The notes beneath the pieces are model-generated. The model worked only from the letters and a program-made list of their open reading frames with translations. It had not been told where the DNA came from and ran no database searches. Positions 1 to 9,558 of a stretch of DNA of 32,000 bases are shown piece after piece. A program made the translations under genes and the position numbers. Position 1 is the first letter of the stretch. Each line of letters opens with the position of its first letter. This DNA comes from Patescibacteria group bacterium (GTDB taxonomy: Bacteria > Patescibacteriota > UBA1384 > XYA2-FULL-43-10), in the NCBI GenBank assembly GCA_041674405.1, contig JBAYVT010000003.1, forward strand, positions 119,990 through 151,989. The letters are read 5' to 3'.

Positions 1-2196
1 AAAGTTGTTATATTCATCCTTGTCATCCGGAACATCGTCGCCTGACGGAATGAAACCTTCCGAGCCCGTATCAGAAACCAGAACGTCTCTGGGTTTGGCA
101 CCATCGGCCGGCCCGATTGCCCCGTTTTCTTCCAGAATATCTAGAAGCCGTGCAGCCCTAGCATACCCTATTCGAAGCCGTCTTTGCAAAAGTGAAGCCG
201 AAGCCTTGCCTGCTTGCATCACAACTTTAAGCGCATCATCATACAAATCGTCCTCGGCTGAACCATCACCAAATGCGCCGCTTGACCCTTTGGACGATTT
301 AAATTGCAATATTGTGTCATCATAATCAGGCGGGCTCAATTCTTTCAAAAAATCAACCAAGTCATTGATTTCTTTATCAGACACGAAACAACCTTGAATA
401 CGGCGTGGCTTTGTGAGTCCATTGCCGACAAACAGCATGTCGCCGTTGCCAAGTAGTTTTTCCGCGCCGGACATATCAAGAATCGTGCGCGAATCAACTT
501 GTGAAGCAGTAGCAAAGGCAATTCGGCAAGTAATATTTGCCTTGATCAAACCTGTTAGAACATCAACGGATGGGCGCTGCGTTGCAACAATCAAGTGCAT
601 CCCGGTTGCTCGCGCCATTTGTGCCAGGCGGACGATCGAACCCTCAACCTCGTTGGCTGAAGTCGCCATAAGATCCGCTAACTCGTCGATAACAATGACA
701 ATATAAGGTAACTTTCCTTCTGGGCCGGGGCTCTCATTATAAGCAGTGATATTCCTCTTCCCTAATTCTGAAAACATTTTGTAACGGCGTTCCATTTCCC
801 AAATTGCCCACTTTAAGGCAGACACCGTTTTGCCGACCTCGGTCACAACTGGCGTCAAAAGATGTGGAATATCATTGTAGTTTGTAAGTTCAACTCTCTT
901 TGGGTCAACCATTAGCAGTTTCAGGTCGTTTGGCGAATTATGGAAAAGAAACGTCGTAATGATTGTATTGATACAGACCGATTTGCCCGAACCGGTAGCA
1001 CCAGCGATTAAGACATGGGGCATTTTTTCAAGGTCAACAGCATATGAGGTACCGGCCACATCTCGCCCAAGGGCAATGGTTAGCTTTGACTTAACTGCCT
1101 TGAATTCTTGCGAGACCATCACCTCTTTCAATGTAACTTTTGCCGGCACTTTGTTCGGATTCTCGATGCCGACAGAGGATTTGCCGGGAATCGGTGCTTC
1201 CATACGAAGGCTCTTGGATGCTAGGGCGAGCGCCAAGTCGTTGGCGCGAGCAGTAATCTGATTTAACTTCACGCCCTCAACCGGCTTAAAAGTGTACTGC
1301 GTGACCGTTGGGCCAATATTGACTTCCCCCATTACTATGTCAATTCCAAAGTTTTTGAGTGTTTTTTGAATAACTTCAACATTTTTCTGAATATTGCCCG
1401 GATTGGCAACGTCGTCAGAGTCCTTTAAAATTTCAACCGGCGGATACTGCCAGCTCATATCTCTGGCAACAATTCTTGGTTCTGCCTCAATCACCGGTGC
1501 CTTCGCCACCCCCTCTCGCGGTTTCTTCATCGATGCTAGCTTGTTTCTTAGTGTCTTAAAAACCGAAACCCGGTTTCCACGATTTACCTTAACATCATCG
1601 TCGTCTTCCTTGTTTCCTTTCGCACTCTCCCAGCCAAATAACTGAGTGAATGAAATATTAAAAATCATCATCAGCGCAATAACGTCTAGTGCAAATGTGA
1701 TAAGAAAAGATGCAAACAAACCGACGCCCTTTCGAAGCGGATCAGAGATCATATAACCCAAAATCCCTCCGCCAGAACCCGCAAATGCGGCCTCTCGAGT
1801 GTCTAAAAGCGGGATAAAAAGATGAAGTGTTGCAGATAAAAATATGATCAACAGGATAAACCCGATGAACCTAGAAACCCTTTGCTTGTCGCGATTCGGA
1901 AATAAAAGGAGCACGCCGAACCAAAAAATAATTATTGGGAAAACATAGCCAGGAAAACTTCCAAAGATTTTGCGTATTATATGCGCTACCGAACTGCCAA
2001 AATTTCCCGCCATTTCAAAATAACCCAAAAGTATGACTACAGCAAAAATAAGGACTAGAATGGCAAAAATTTCCCGCCAGGTGCCAGCTCCAAGGCCAAG
2101 GGTAAAATCAAAGACAAAATCACCCCAATCATTTTCTTTCTGATACCACTTTGGATGCTTCTGCTTGTGTTTCGGATACTTCCGTTTGCGACCCAC
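1..2196 (-). CDS. ftsK: DNA translocase FtsK/SpoIIIE, 3' end beyond the window
   Basis: Minus-strand frame open from the window edge to a GTG start at 2196 preceded by GGAGGGG. It encodes VGRKRKYPKHKQKHPKWYQKENDWGDFVFDF, then TM segments, and the Walker A segment MPHVLIAGATGSGKSVCINTI near 1020. Absent from the ORF track because it is truncated. Confidence 0.95.
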   Translation of the reverse strand, partial: MGRKRKYPKHKQKHPKWYQKENDWGDFVFDFTLGLGAGTWREIFAILVLIFAVVILLGYFEMAGNFGSSVAHIIRKIFGSFPGYVFPIIIFWFGVLLLFPNRDKQRVSRFIGFILLIIFLSATLHLFIPLLDTREAAFAGSGGGILGYMISDPLRKGVGLFASFLITFALDVIALMMIFNISFTQLFGWESAKGNKEDDDDVKVNRGNRVSVFKTLRNKLASMKKPREGVAKAPVIEAEPRIVARDMSWQYPPVEILKDSDDVANPGNIQKNVEVIQKTLKNFGIDIVMGEVNIGPTVTQYTFKPVEGVKLNQITARANDLALALASKSLRMEAPIPGKSSVGIENPNKVPAKVTLKEVMVSQEFKAVKSKLTIALGRDVAGTSYAVDLEKMPHVLIAGATGSGKSVCINTIITTFLFHNSPNDLKLLMVDPKRVELTNYNDIPHLLTPVVTEVGKTVSALKWAIWEMERRYKMFSELGKRNITAYNESPGPEGKLPYIVIVIDELADLMATSANEVEGSIVRLAQMARATGMHLIVATQRPSVDVLTGLIKANITCRIAFATASQVDSRTILDMSGAEKLLGNGDMLFVGNGLTKPRRIQGCFVSDKEINDLVDFLKELSPPDYDDTILQFKSSKGSSGAFGDGSAEDDLYDDALKVVMQAGKASASLLQRRLRIGYARAARLLDILEENGAIGPADGAKPRDVLVSDTGSEGFIPSGDDVPDDKDEYNNF

Positions 2197-2210
2197 AATC
2201 CCCTCCGGGG

Positions 2211-2329
2211 TAAATTACAAATTACAAGAAACAAATCACAAATAATATCCAATCAGCAATTTCCAATCTCGATACCTTTAGTTGGAATTAATTTGATATT
2301 TGGAATTTGTCATTTGTAATTTGATTTCA
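2211..2329. repeat. Word-iterated imperfect inverted repeat (word ~ACAAAT) in the ftsK 5' region
   Basis: Left arm ACAAATTACAAGAAACAAATCACAAATAATATCC; reverse complement of right arm ATCAAATTACAAATGACAAATTCCAAATATC. Confidence 0.75.
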
Positions 2330-2340
2330 TTATATCTCCA

Positions 2341-2370
2341 TTGAACACAATGCGCAATAAATGGTATCTT
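2341..2370 (+). promoter_or_regulatory. Putative sigma70-type promoter for the 2424 ORF
   Basis: TTGAAC (2341-2346), 18 nt, TATCTT (2365-2370). Confidence 0.4.
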
Positions 2371-2423
2371 TAGTTTTAATCCGCTCTACGATAGCGGCAA
2401 CCTAGAACCGGAAAGGACAGACT

Positions 2424-2948
2424 ATGTTACCGTATCTTACGGTTTTGCTAGTAGCCGTAGTTGTGGTAGCAGTTGCAGTAACACTCGTGCGGTCAAGGAA
2501 TATTGCCGCATTCGCAGACAAGGCTGTTGCAGACCTTGCGTCGGGATCATGCGAGATCCGCTTCAGGCGGATCGAGCACACAATCGACGGCCATCATAGA
2601 GGAGTGCTGCTTATGATGTGCCTTCACGAACCGGTCGAGCGCTTTACGCGTCTTTCGATTATGCGTCGCGTTAGGGTTGTTGTTGAAGTCGAGGGAGAAT
2701 TCCCCTATCGTTGCACGCCCTACAAAATGGAACTCTCAGTGCGCGATGCCGACCTCGCTGGTGTTGCATACCTAACGCTAAGGGGCAAAACCCCTCTTTG
2801 GGTTGTCGATCCAGTCTGGAAGCATACGTTCGCAGTGCTCGTGCCCGAAAGCTTGCAACCAGGAGGGTCGGAGAAATTTATAACCCGAATAAGGGTAACT
2901 CTACCAACCTGGCCGAGTAAGCGTAAACTCGAGCTAACAATTCCTTAA
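2424..2948 (+). CDS. Hypothetical protein with one N-terminal TM segment
   Basis: ATG after GGAAAGGACAGACT; 174 aa; N-terminal hydrophobic stretch LPYLTVLLVAVVVVAVAVTLV; followed directly by a strong hairpin. Confidence 0.6.
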   Translation: MLPYLTVLLVAVVVVAVAVTLVRSRNIAAFADKAVADLASGSCEIRFRRIEHTIDGHHRGVLLMMCLHEPVERFTRLSIMRRVRVVVEVEGEFPYRCTPYKMELSVRDADLAGVAYLTLRGKTPLWVVDPVWKHTFAVLVPESLQPGGSEKFITRIRVTLPTWPSKRKLELTIP

Positions 2949-2964
2949 GCCGCCCAGAACCGCG

Positions 2965-2992
2965 AACGCCACCCCGGTCGGGGTGGCGTTTC
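2965..2992 (+). terminator. Rho-independent-like hairpin after the 2424 ORF
   Basis: AACGCCACCCC-GGTC-GGGGTGGCGTTT, 11-bp perfect stem. Confidence 0.7.
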
Positions 2993-3022
2993 CACGTTAA
3001 ATTGCTATTTTGTTTTCCCTGC

Positions 3023-3059
3023 GGACTAAGGACTACTCACTACTATCTAGTCCTAAACC
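3023..3059. repeat. Small word-iterated inverted repeat (word GGACTA)
   Basis: GGACTAAGGACTA ... TAGTCCTAAACC. Confidence 0.5.
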
Positions 3060-3154
3060 TCAATAACTACAAGGATGACCACCCCACTTCGCCAAGGCTA
3101 CGCGGGGCAAGACTCATTTCAGAGCAAGAGTCGATAATAGATAATCGTTGTGCA

Positions 3155-5116
3155 TTATACCTCGATCACTACAGGGATGACCATTGGCCTTCGTTCTGTC
3201 TCCGTATATAGGAACTCTCCCATGTCGTCGCGGATTTTCTGCTTGATCAGATTCCAGTCGGGCTGGGTTTTGGCTTCGGTGTGTTTGGCAAAAAGCCGTT
3301 TGATCTCAGCACGGGATTTGTGCACCAGCTGTTCGTTTTCACGCATATAGATGAAGCCGCGAGAAATGATATCGGGAGAGGTAACAATCTCGCCAGTCTT
3401 GTGATCAACGGTAACAATAATGACAAAAATTCCATCCTGGGCCATTGCCTTTCTGTCGCGAAGAACGATGTTGCCTACATCGCCAACGCCGAGGCCGTCA
3501 ACCATCACATAAGATGCAGGAACGCGCTTGTTGGTAACCGAGCCCATATCTTTTGAGAATTCAATTACCTGGCCGTTATCGGCAACGAGGCAATGCTCTT
3601 CGTCGACGATTCCCATATCTTGGGCAATCTGCGCGAGTAGCATCAATCTGTGGCGTTCGCCGTGGGTCGGGATCAAATATTTCGGGCGGACAAGCGCGAT
3701 CATCAATTTCAGGTCTTCCTGCTTGGCATGGCCAGAAGTGTGAACATCCATAAGTTTTTGATAGATTACGCGCGAGCCGGCGCGATACAGATTGTCCATA
3801 AGCTCGGAAACAGATCGCTCATTACCTGGAATTGGCGAGGCCGAAAGAACAGTCGTGTCGCCTCTTTTTATCTTGATTTGGCGATGTTCACCAAGGGCAA
3901 TTCGGGTCAGGGCAGCGCGGTCTTCTCCTTGCGAACCGGTACAAACAATTATTACCTTATTATCCGGATAATTTTTTAACGCATGAACATCGATGACGGT
4001 ATCCTTCGGCACGACAAGAGCGCCAAGCGAGGTAGCAATCTCGTATGATTGGAGCATCGATCGGCCAACAAAAGTAACTTTGCGGTCGAATTTCTTGGCG
4101 ACATTCAAAATTTGCTGAATACGCGAGATCAAAAGTGAGAATGTTGCGATGATTAGGCGCCCTTTGACCTGATCCATGATTTTGAAAATCGTATCTTCGA
4201 TTTCTCGCTCAGATATTGAAACCCCTGGTTTTTCGACATTGGTACATTCGCAAATTAGCGCCGCTGGTTTCTCTCCGCCGAGCATAGCAATCTGTGAAAA
4301 ATCGACCGGCTTGCCATCAGCTGGGGTATGGTCAAATTTCCAGTCGCCAGTATGAATAACCAGACCTTCTGGCGTGTCGATCGCAAAACCCATCGCCTGT
4401 GGAATTGAGTGAGTAAGCCGAAAAGTCCTTACCTTAAATACCCCAAGCTGAAGTACATCTTTGCCAGCTTCGATCGTATTTAATTTAGCTCCCTCGGCCA
4501 GGCCAAATTCTTCCATCTTGCCACGAATAAGGCCGATAGCAAGGGGCGATGAATAGATCTGGGGCGAGCCAAGCTTTTCATAGATGTAAGGTATGGCCCC
4601 AATGTGATCCAAGTGGCCATGAGTGATGAGAAGGGCACGAATTTTATGCTTGTTTTGCTCAAGATACGAGACATCGGGAATGACGAAGTCAATGCCTGGC
4701 ATATCCTGGTCCGGAAACATAAGCCCGGCATCGATAATGATAATGTCGTTCTTATACTCTAGAACCATCATATTTTTACCACCAGTTTCTTCATTGCCAC
4801 CGATAGGAATGATTCGAAGCTTTGGCTCTATAAAAAATTTGGTGTTTTTGCCTTCGGTTGATTGGGCAGTAAATCTTGGTTCATCAACTTTTCCCGAAAT
4901 TTTAGCATAGTCAAAAGATCTGCCACCCTCGGGTTTTTGCACAGGACGAGAATTTCGTTTATGCGGTGTTTTCTGACCGGATGATCGGCTAACAAAAGCC
5001 TGATCGCCCGCAACGGTGCGCACAGGTGAAGAAACGCTGTGTTTTGGCACAGGTTTGTTTGCTCGGATGTTTCTCGTTGTCCGTCCACCTGTGTTTACTC
5101 TTTGCATTTTTTCCAT
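3155..5116 (-). CDS. rnj: Ribonuclease J (metallo-beta-lactamase / beta-CASP)
   Basis: 653 aa; LLITHGHLDHIGAIPYI (HxHxDH), GNEETGGKNMMVLEY, GDWKFDH, CTGSQGE, HTSGHA and PTHGE motifs typical of RNase J; ~100 aa basic/polar N-terminal extension. Confidence 0.95.
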   Translation of the reverse strand: MEKMQRVNTGGRTTRNIRANKPVPKHSVSSPVRTVAGDQAFVSRSSGQKTPHKRNSRPVQKPEGGRSFDYAKISGKVDEPRFTAQSTEGKNTKFFIEPKLRIIPIGGNEETGGKNMMVLEYKNDIIIIDAGLMFPDQDMPGIDFVIPDVSYLEQNKHKIRALLITHGHLDHIGAIPYIYEKLGSPQIYSSPLAIGLIRGKMEEFGLAEGAKLNTIEAGKDVLQLGVFKVRTFRLTHSIPQAMGFAIDTPEGLVIHTGDWKFDHTPADGKPVDFSQIAMLGGEKPAALICECTNVEKPGVSISEREIEDTIFKIMDQVKGRLIIATFSLLISRIQQILNVAKKFDRKVTFVGRSMLQSYEIATSLGALVVPKDTVIDVHALKNYPDNKVIIVCTGSQGEDRAALTRIALGEHRQIKIKRGDTTVLSASPIPGNERSVSELMDNLYRAGSRVIYQKLMDVHTSGHAKQEDLKLMIALVRPKYLIPTHGERHRLMLLAQIAQDMGIVDEEHCLVADNGQVIEFSKDMGSVTNKRVPASYVMVDGLGVGDVGNIVLRDRKAMAQDGIFVIIVTVDHKTGEIVTSPDIISRGFIYMRENEQLVHKSRAEIKRLFAKHTEAKTQPDWNLIKQKIRDDMGEFLYTETERRPMVIPVVIEV

Positions 5117-5146
5117 TTAGTTTTTCCTTTAGTTCAAAAGAACATA

Positions 5147-5779
5147 TTATATTAGTTTTGTTTGAATTGGCTTATCGTCGTTATCTGGTTTGATATTCCC
5201 TTTAGTCTCCTGCTCTTTGATTTTTTTAAGAACCGCTGGTACTTTTTTAAAATCGTCCATAAGCGTGCCTCGCAATCCGCCATTGTGCAGGGCTGCCGCC
5301 GGGTGGTAGAGGGCGAAGTAAACTTGGCCATTCGGCCGTTTGACCGCTTTGCCATGGAGCTTAGAAATCCCACCTGCTGCCGGTATAAATGTATTGCATG
5401 AGTGCCGGCCGAGGCAAACGATGAGTTTGGGTTTTATAATTTCAAGTTGACGATTAAGATACGATTTGCAAGCCTCTTTCTCCGTATCTTCCGGATCCCG
5501 ATTTCCCGGGGGTCTACATTTTACCGTGTTTAGAATAAAAACTTTTTCACGTGTGAGGCCAATAGAGGCTAGCATTTCGTCTAAGAATTTTCCGGCGGCT
5601 CCGCAAAAAGGGATGCCTGCCAGATCTTCCTTCTCCCCCGGCGCTTCGCCAACAAAAAGTATGTCAGCGTCGGGGTCTCCGCTTCCAGGAACAGTATTAG
5701 TCCTTGATTTCGAAAGTGGGCATAGTGCACACTTAGAAACTTCACCTGCAATAATATCGAGTTCTTCTTTCTTATTCAT
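5147..5779 (-). CDS. Uracil-DNA glycosylase, type 4 (Fe-S) family
   Basis: VGEAPGEKEDLAGIPFCGAAGKFLDEML, NTVKCRPPGNRDP and YHPAAAL motifs plus Cys ligands (CALCPL). Track start at 5833 is probably too early; MNKKEELD at 5779 fits better. Confidence 0.92.
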   Translation of the reverse strand: MNKKEELDIIAGEVSKCALCPLSKSRTNTVPGSGDPDADILFVGEAPGEKEDLAGIPFCGAAGKFLDEMLASIGLTREKVFILNTVKCRPPGNRDPEDTEKEACKSYLNRQLEIIKPKLIVCLGRHSCNTFIPAAGGISKLHGKAVKRPNGQVYFALYHPAAALHNGGLRGTLMDDFKKVPAVLKKIKEQETKGNIKPDNDDKPIQTKLI

Positions 5780-5888
5780 CAAAAAGAGAAATAAATGATT
5801 AAAAAATCGCTTAATTAGAGTCCTGTCCCTCAAAAGTTAATCTCATTGTACCAGGTGCGAATAAAAAAGTCAATAGATAAAGGTGGTG

Positions 5889-5911
5889 CCCCCGCCTAGA
5901 CGGCGGGGGGT
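5889..5911. terminator. GC-rich hairpin overlapping the 3' end and stop codon of the 5896 ORF
   Basis: CCCCCGCC-TAGAC-GGCGGGGG; the TAG stop (complement of 5896-5898) lies at the stem/loop boundary. Confidence 0.65.
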
Positions 5912-6330
5912 TCGTGTTCGGTTGCCCGATCGGTGATCCGCTTAAACAAAGTTTCAACACCGATCAAAGGCATGGCTGCTTGGAATGCAGCCTGTATGGT
6001 TGTGCGGTCAAGCGGCTTCCATCCGCTCGAGCCGCATTGAACAAGCGCGCGGACTTGTTCAAAAAGTTGTTCCGTCGGGACCCTGCCGGTAGCATTGGTA
6101 TAGCCACCGGATATCCCGCCGCAGACTGAACGTGCTGTCAGCCTGAGAAGTTGGGCATTTGGTTCGCCTTGGGGCTTGTTCGTTCGGACAGACACGATTA
6201 GTCCTGTTCGGTTAGAATCATTCCAGAAGTAGAATTCGGATTCCTCGGTGCCATCATAGCTGCGCTGTCCCGTATAACATCCGATGTACCGATATCCGAG
6301 AGGCGCCAGCTTTCTCTGAAGCCTTTTCAG
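5896..6330 (-). CDS. Hypothetical protein, possible CTG start
   Basis: Open frame of about 144-149 aa. The upstream TTG and GTG candidates lie inside or over the strong Shine-Dalgarno GGAGGTGAT; the first initiator-like codon at normal spacing is CTG at 6330. Confidence 0.6.
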   Translation of the reverse strand: MKRLQRKLAPLGYRYIGCYTGQRSYDGTEESEFYFWNDSNRTGLIVSVRTNKPQGEPNAQLLRLTARSVCGGISGGYTNATGRVPTEQLFEQVRALVQCGSSGWKPLDRTTIQAAFQAAMPLIGVETLFKRITDRATEHEPPAV

Positions 6331-6517
6331 CGCTATCACCTCCAAGCGATCTAAATTAATATATCAATAAGAGTGACATAAATTCAATCTAAATAAAGAG
6401 CCGGAAATGCAAGGCTTAAGAAAACTTTTTAGAAATTATCCATAGATTTTGACCTACTCGACTCTAGAATTTTCTGTTAGTGGCTGATTAGTGCTCGTAA
6501 ATAATTTTTTGCAAATG

Positions 6518-6547
6518 TTGAATTTTCTCTCCGCCTGGTGCTACAAT
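6518..6547 (+). promoter_or_regulatory. Putative sigma70-type promoter for purN
   Basis: TTGAAT, 18 nt, TACAAT. Confidence 0.5.
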
Positions 6548-6592
6548 TTTTTTGAGGCGTTTCTACTCACAGACTACGGAAGGAGAATTGTC

Positions 6593-7207
6593 ATGAACAA
6601 GCTGTTGTTGGGCGTCTTGATCTCAGGAGGGGGCACCAACCTCCAAAAGATCATTGATCGTATCGGGGATGGCACCCTTTGTGCTGAGGTCGCTGTAGTG
6701 ATCTCGAACAAAACCGATGCTTACGGCCTCGAACGTGCCAGAAATGCTGGCATTCGGGCTGTATTCCTTGACCCGAAAAGCTTCTCCAGCAAGCACGAGT
6801 TCGACCAGGCAATAGCCGAGGAACTTCAGCACTCAGGCGTTCAGCTCGTGGTTATGGCCGGATACATGAGGCTGCTCGGCAAGGAAGTCCTCGACGCCTT
6901 CCCGGGCAAGGTAATCAATCTTCATCCCGCTCTGCTGCCCTCATTCAAGGGGGAGCACGGGATTGCGGATGCCTTCGCCTATGGGGTTAAGGTCACCGGG
7001 GTAACCGTGCATTTCGCCGATGGCGAGTATGACACTGGCCCCATTATCGCGCAAACGCCAATCGCTGTGCTTGAGGACGACACAGTGGAGTCGCTCGAGC
7101 AGCGCATTCATGATGCTGAGTACAAGATCCTACCTCGAGTCATCCAGTTATTCTCGGAGGGCCGCGTCAAGATCGATGGTCGCCGCATTCACATCGACCA
7201 GAGGTAA
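6593..7207 (+). CDS. purN: Phosphoribosylglycinamide formyltransferase
   Basis: MNKLLLGVLISGGGTNLQKIID...NLHPALLPSFKGEHGIADAFAYGVKVTGVTVHFADGEYDTGPIIAQ; start preceded by GAAGGAGAATTGTC. Confidence 0.95.
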   Translation: MNKLLLGVLISGGGTNLQKIIDRIGDGTLCAEVAVVISNKTDAYGLERARNAGIRAVFLDPKSFSSKHEFDQAIAEELQHSGVQLVVMAGYMRLLGKEVLDAFPGKVINLHPALLPSFKGEHGIADAFAYGVKVTGVTVHFADGEYDTGPIIAQTPIAVLEDDTVESLEQRIHDAEYKILPRVIQLFSEGRVKIDGRRIHIDQR

Positions 7208-7225
7208 GCCACCGAGGTTCGTCTG

Positions 7226-7269
7226 AAAAAGGCTCTGCACTCCTTTATCCTCTTCAGGCGAGCCTTTTT
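7226..7269 (+). terminator. Terminator after purN
   Basis: AAAAAGGCTC ... GAGCCTTTTT, 10-bp complementary arms. Confidence 0.7.
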
Positions 7270-7290
7270 CTATTCATAGAATATGATTAA

Positions 7291-7323
7291 AAAAATTCCC
7301 CGAAGAAATTCGGGGAATTTTTT
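7291..7323. terminator. Bidirectional terminator between purN and pnp
   Basis: AAAAATTCCCCG-AAGAAATT-CGGGGAATTTTTT. Confidence 0.85.
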
Positions 7324-7345
7324 CTATGAGATTAAATTTTTACAA

Positions 7346-9496
7346 TTAGTTATTTCCGGCCAATGCTTTCATTGAAAGTGAAATCCTGCCCTTCATTGGG
7401 TCGACTTCAATCACTTTGGCAGTGACCATCTGTCCAACTTTGAGAACATCAGAAACCTTTTCGATTCGTTTGTCGGAGATTTGCGAGATGTGAATCATGC
7501 CGTCGATCTTCGGGGTGATTTGGACAATTGCACCAATCTCTTTTCCAGACATCCTGTCCTTCTTGATATCGATGATTTCCCCGGTGATGATTTCGCCTGG
7601 CTGAACCTCACGCATCATCGCCTTGATTTGCGAGATTGCTTTGGCGCCCATCTCTTGATCAGTTGAGGAGACAAGCACCGTACCGTCGTCTTCGATATCG
7701 ATACTGATGATTTCTTTGCCACCGCAATCTTCGACAATCTTCTTGACATTCTTGCCGCCCGGGCCAATAAGCTCTCCTATCTTGTCAGGATTGATTTTGA
7801 TCGATTCAATTCTAGGAGCATACTTGGACATTTCTGCCTTTGGCGCAGGCATGACTTTGGCTATTTCGTCGAGAATCTCAAGCCGGGCCTTTTTTGCCTG
7901 TGCTAGCGTGTCGCGGACGATATCCATAGTCAATCCCTCAATCTTGGTATCCATCTGGATCGCTGTCACACCATCGCGAGTTCCGGCAACCTTGAAATCC
8001 ATGTCGCCAGAAAAATCTTCAAGTCCCTGAAGGTCGGTAAGGATTTTATATACAGATGCGTCTTCATTTGTGACCAAACCCATGGCAATACCAGCAACCG
8101 GTTTCTTGATCGGAACGCCGGCATCCATAAGCGCCAAGGTCGAGCCGCAAGTTGCCGCCATCGATGTTGAGCCATTGGATGAAAGGATTTCCGAGACTAG
8201 TCTAATAGTATAAGGAAACTCTTCGCTTGATGGGATCATTGGCTTTAAGGCTTTTTCTGCCAAATAACCATGGCCAATTTCACGCCTGGAGGCACCGCGA
8301 ACGGGGCGAACCTCGCCGGTGGAGAATGGCGGGAAATTATAGTGGTGCATAAATCTCTTCGTGGTATCTTCTCCCATCGTGTCAATCAATTGTTCCATGC
8401 CGGGAGATCCAAGCGTAGCGACGGTCAATGATTGAGACTCTCCGCGGGCAAAAAGGCCTGATCCGTGAGTGCGTGGAAGAAGGCCAATTTCAATATGCAA
8501 TGGCCTGATTTCTTCCATACCTCGTCCATCGGGGCGTGAGTCATGTTCAAGTATACTCTCTCGCACTTCGTTGTTCACAACTTTGGCAAAGGCACCCTTT
8601 AAGTCAATCTGTTTGTACGTTCCCTCAAAGGTCTGTAGTATCTCCTGTTCAAAGGCCTTGATCGTTTTTTCGCGCGATTCCTTGTCAAGCGCCCGAAGCT
8701 CGGCTCGCAACCTATCTGCAACCAAATTATGAACCTCTGCATGAATTGCTACAAACGGATCGGGTGCAAATCCCTTTTCCTCTTCAGTAACAATTTTCCT
8801 GTGTTCCGCACCAATCTTTTTCTGAATATCAAGAACAGGCTGAATTGAATCAACCGCAAGCTTGATTCCCTCAAAAATTTGTTCTTCCGGAATTTCATTT
8901 GATTCGGTTTCAAGCATCATTACTCTGTCCTTTGCGGCAGCAACTGTCAGAAATAGGTCAGATGCTTCGATTTCATCCTCTGTCGGGCAAACCTTGAGTT
9001 TGCCATCAACAAGCGAGACATTTACCGCTCCGACAGGTCCCTTATATGGAGCCTTGGTCATCAAAAGTGCCGTGGATGCGGCAATGATTGAGATTGCATC
9101 AGGCTCATGAACGCCATCGTAGGAAAGAACTGTCACGACAACCTGGACATCATTTCTATAAGTTTTTGGGAATAGAGGGCGGATTGGCCGGTCAATTTTG
9201 CGCGCTGCAAGAATTGCCGCCTCAGAGGGCCTTCCTTCACGCTTAATAAAACGGCTACCGGAAATTTTTCCTGCAGCATAAAATCGCTCTTCGTAATCAA
9301 CGAGAAGCGGAAAGAAATCAACTCCTTCGCGGGTATCATCGGCAACCACTGCAGTTGCTAAAACAACCGTCTCGCCATACGTAAGTGTAATTGCGCCCTC
9401 CGCAAGCCCTGCTAATTTCCCCGTTTCGAACACTAGTTTCTCACCGGCAAAATCCACCTCGTAACGATGGACCTTATACTCTTCTACCTTCGCCAT
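7346..9496 (-). CDS. pnp: Polyribonucleotide nucleotidyltransferase (PNPase)
   Basis: 716 aa; two RNase PH repeats (RKIDRPIRPLFP, FPPFSTGEVRPVRGASRREIGHG), KH domain (IGELIGPGGKNVKKI) and S1 domain (GEIIDIKKDRMSGKEIGAIVQ). Confidence 0.98.
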   Translation of the reverse strand: MAKVEEYKVHRYEVDFAGEKLVFETGKLAGLAEGAITLTYGETVVLATAVVADDTREGVDFFPLLVDYEERFYAAGKISGSRFIKREGRPSEAAILAARKIDRPIRPLFPKTYRNDVQVVVTVLSYDGVHEPDAISIIAASTALLMTKAPYKGPVGAVNVSLVDGKLKVCPTEDEIEASDLFLTVAAAKDRVMMLETESNEIPEEQIFEGIKLAVDSIQPVLDIQKKIGAEHRKIVTEEEKGFAPDPFVAIHAEVHNLVADRLRAELRALDKESREKTIKAFEQEILQTFEGTYKQIDLKGAFAKVVNNEVRESILEHDSRPDGRGMEEIRPLHIEIGLLPRTHGSGLFARGESQSLTVATLGSPGMEQLIDTMGEDTTKRFMHHYNFPPFSTGEVRPVRGASRREIGHGYLAEKALKPMIPSSEEFPYTIRLVSEILSSNGSTSMAATCGSTLALMDAGVPIKKPVAGIAMGLVTNEDASVYKILTDLQGLEDFSGDMDFKVAGTRDGVTAIQMDTKIEGLTMDIVRDTLAQAKKARLEILDEIAKVMPAPKAEMSKYAPRIESIKINPDKIGELIGPGGKNVKKIVEDCGGKEIISIDIEDDGTVLVSSTDQEMGAKAISQIKAMMREVQPGEIITGEIIDIKKDRMSGKEIGAIVQITPKIDGMIHISQISDKRIEKVSDVLKVGQMVTAKVIEVDPMKGRISLSMKALAGNN

Positions 9497-9558
9497 ACTG
9501 AAAAATCCTTTCTAGAAGGATGAGAGATGAGTTCGTGAAAGTGAAAGGAAACGACAAT

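Noticed and set aside
5-1645. Several plus-strand ORFs (5..325, 413..706, 959..1261, 1394..1645)
   Set aside because: All lie antisense to ftsK, whose Walker A segment and membrane region are unmistakable.
3002-3350. Plus-strand ORFs 3002..3211 and 3150..3350 sharing DDH/TTGMT-like peptides
   Set aside because: The similarity comes from the duplicated RNase J C-terminal DNA read on the wrong strand; no Shine-Dalgarno and no typical protein features.
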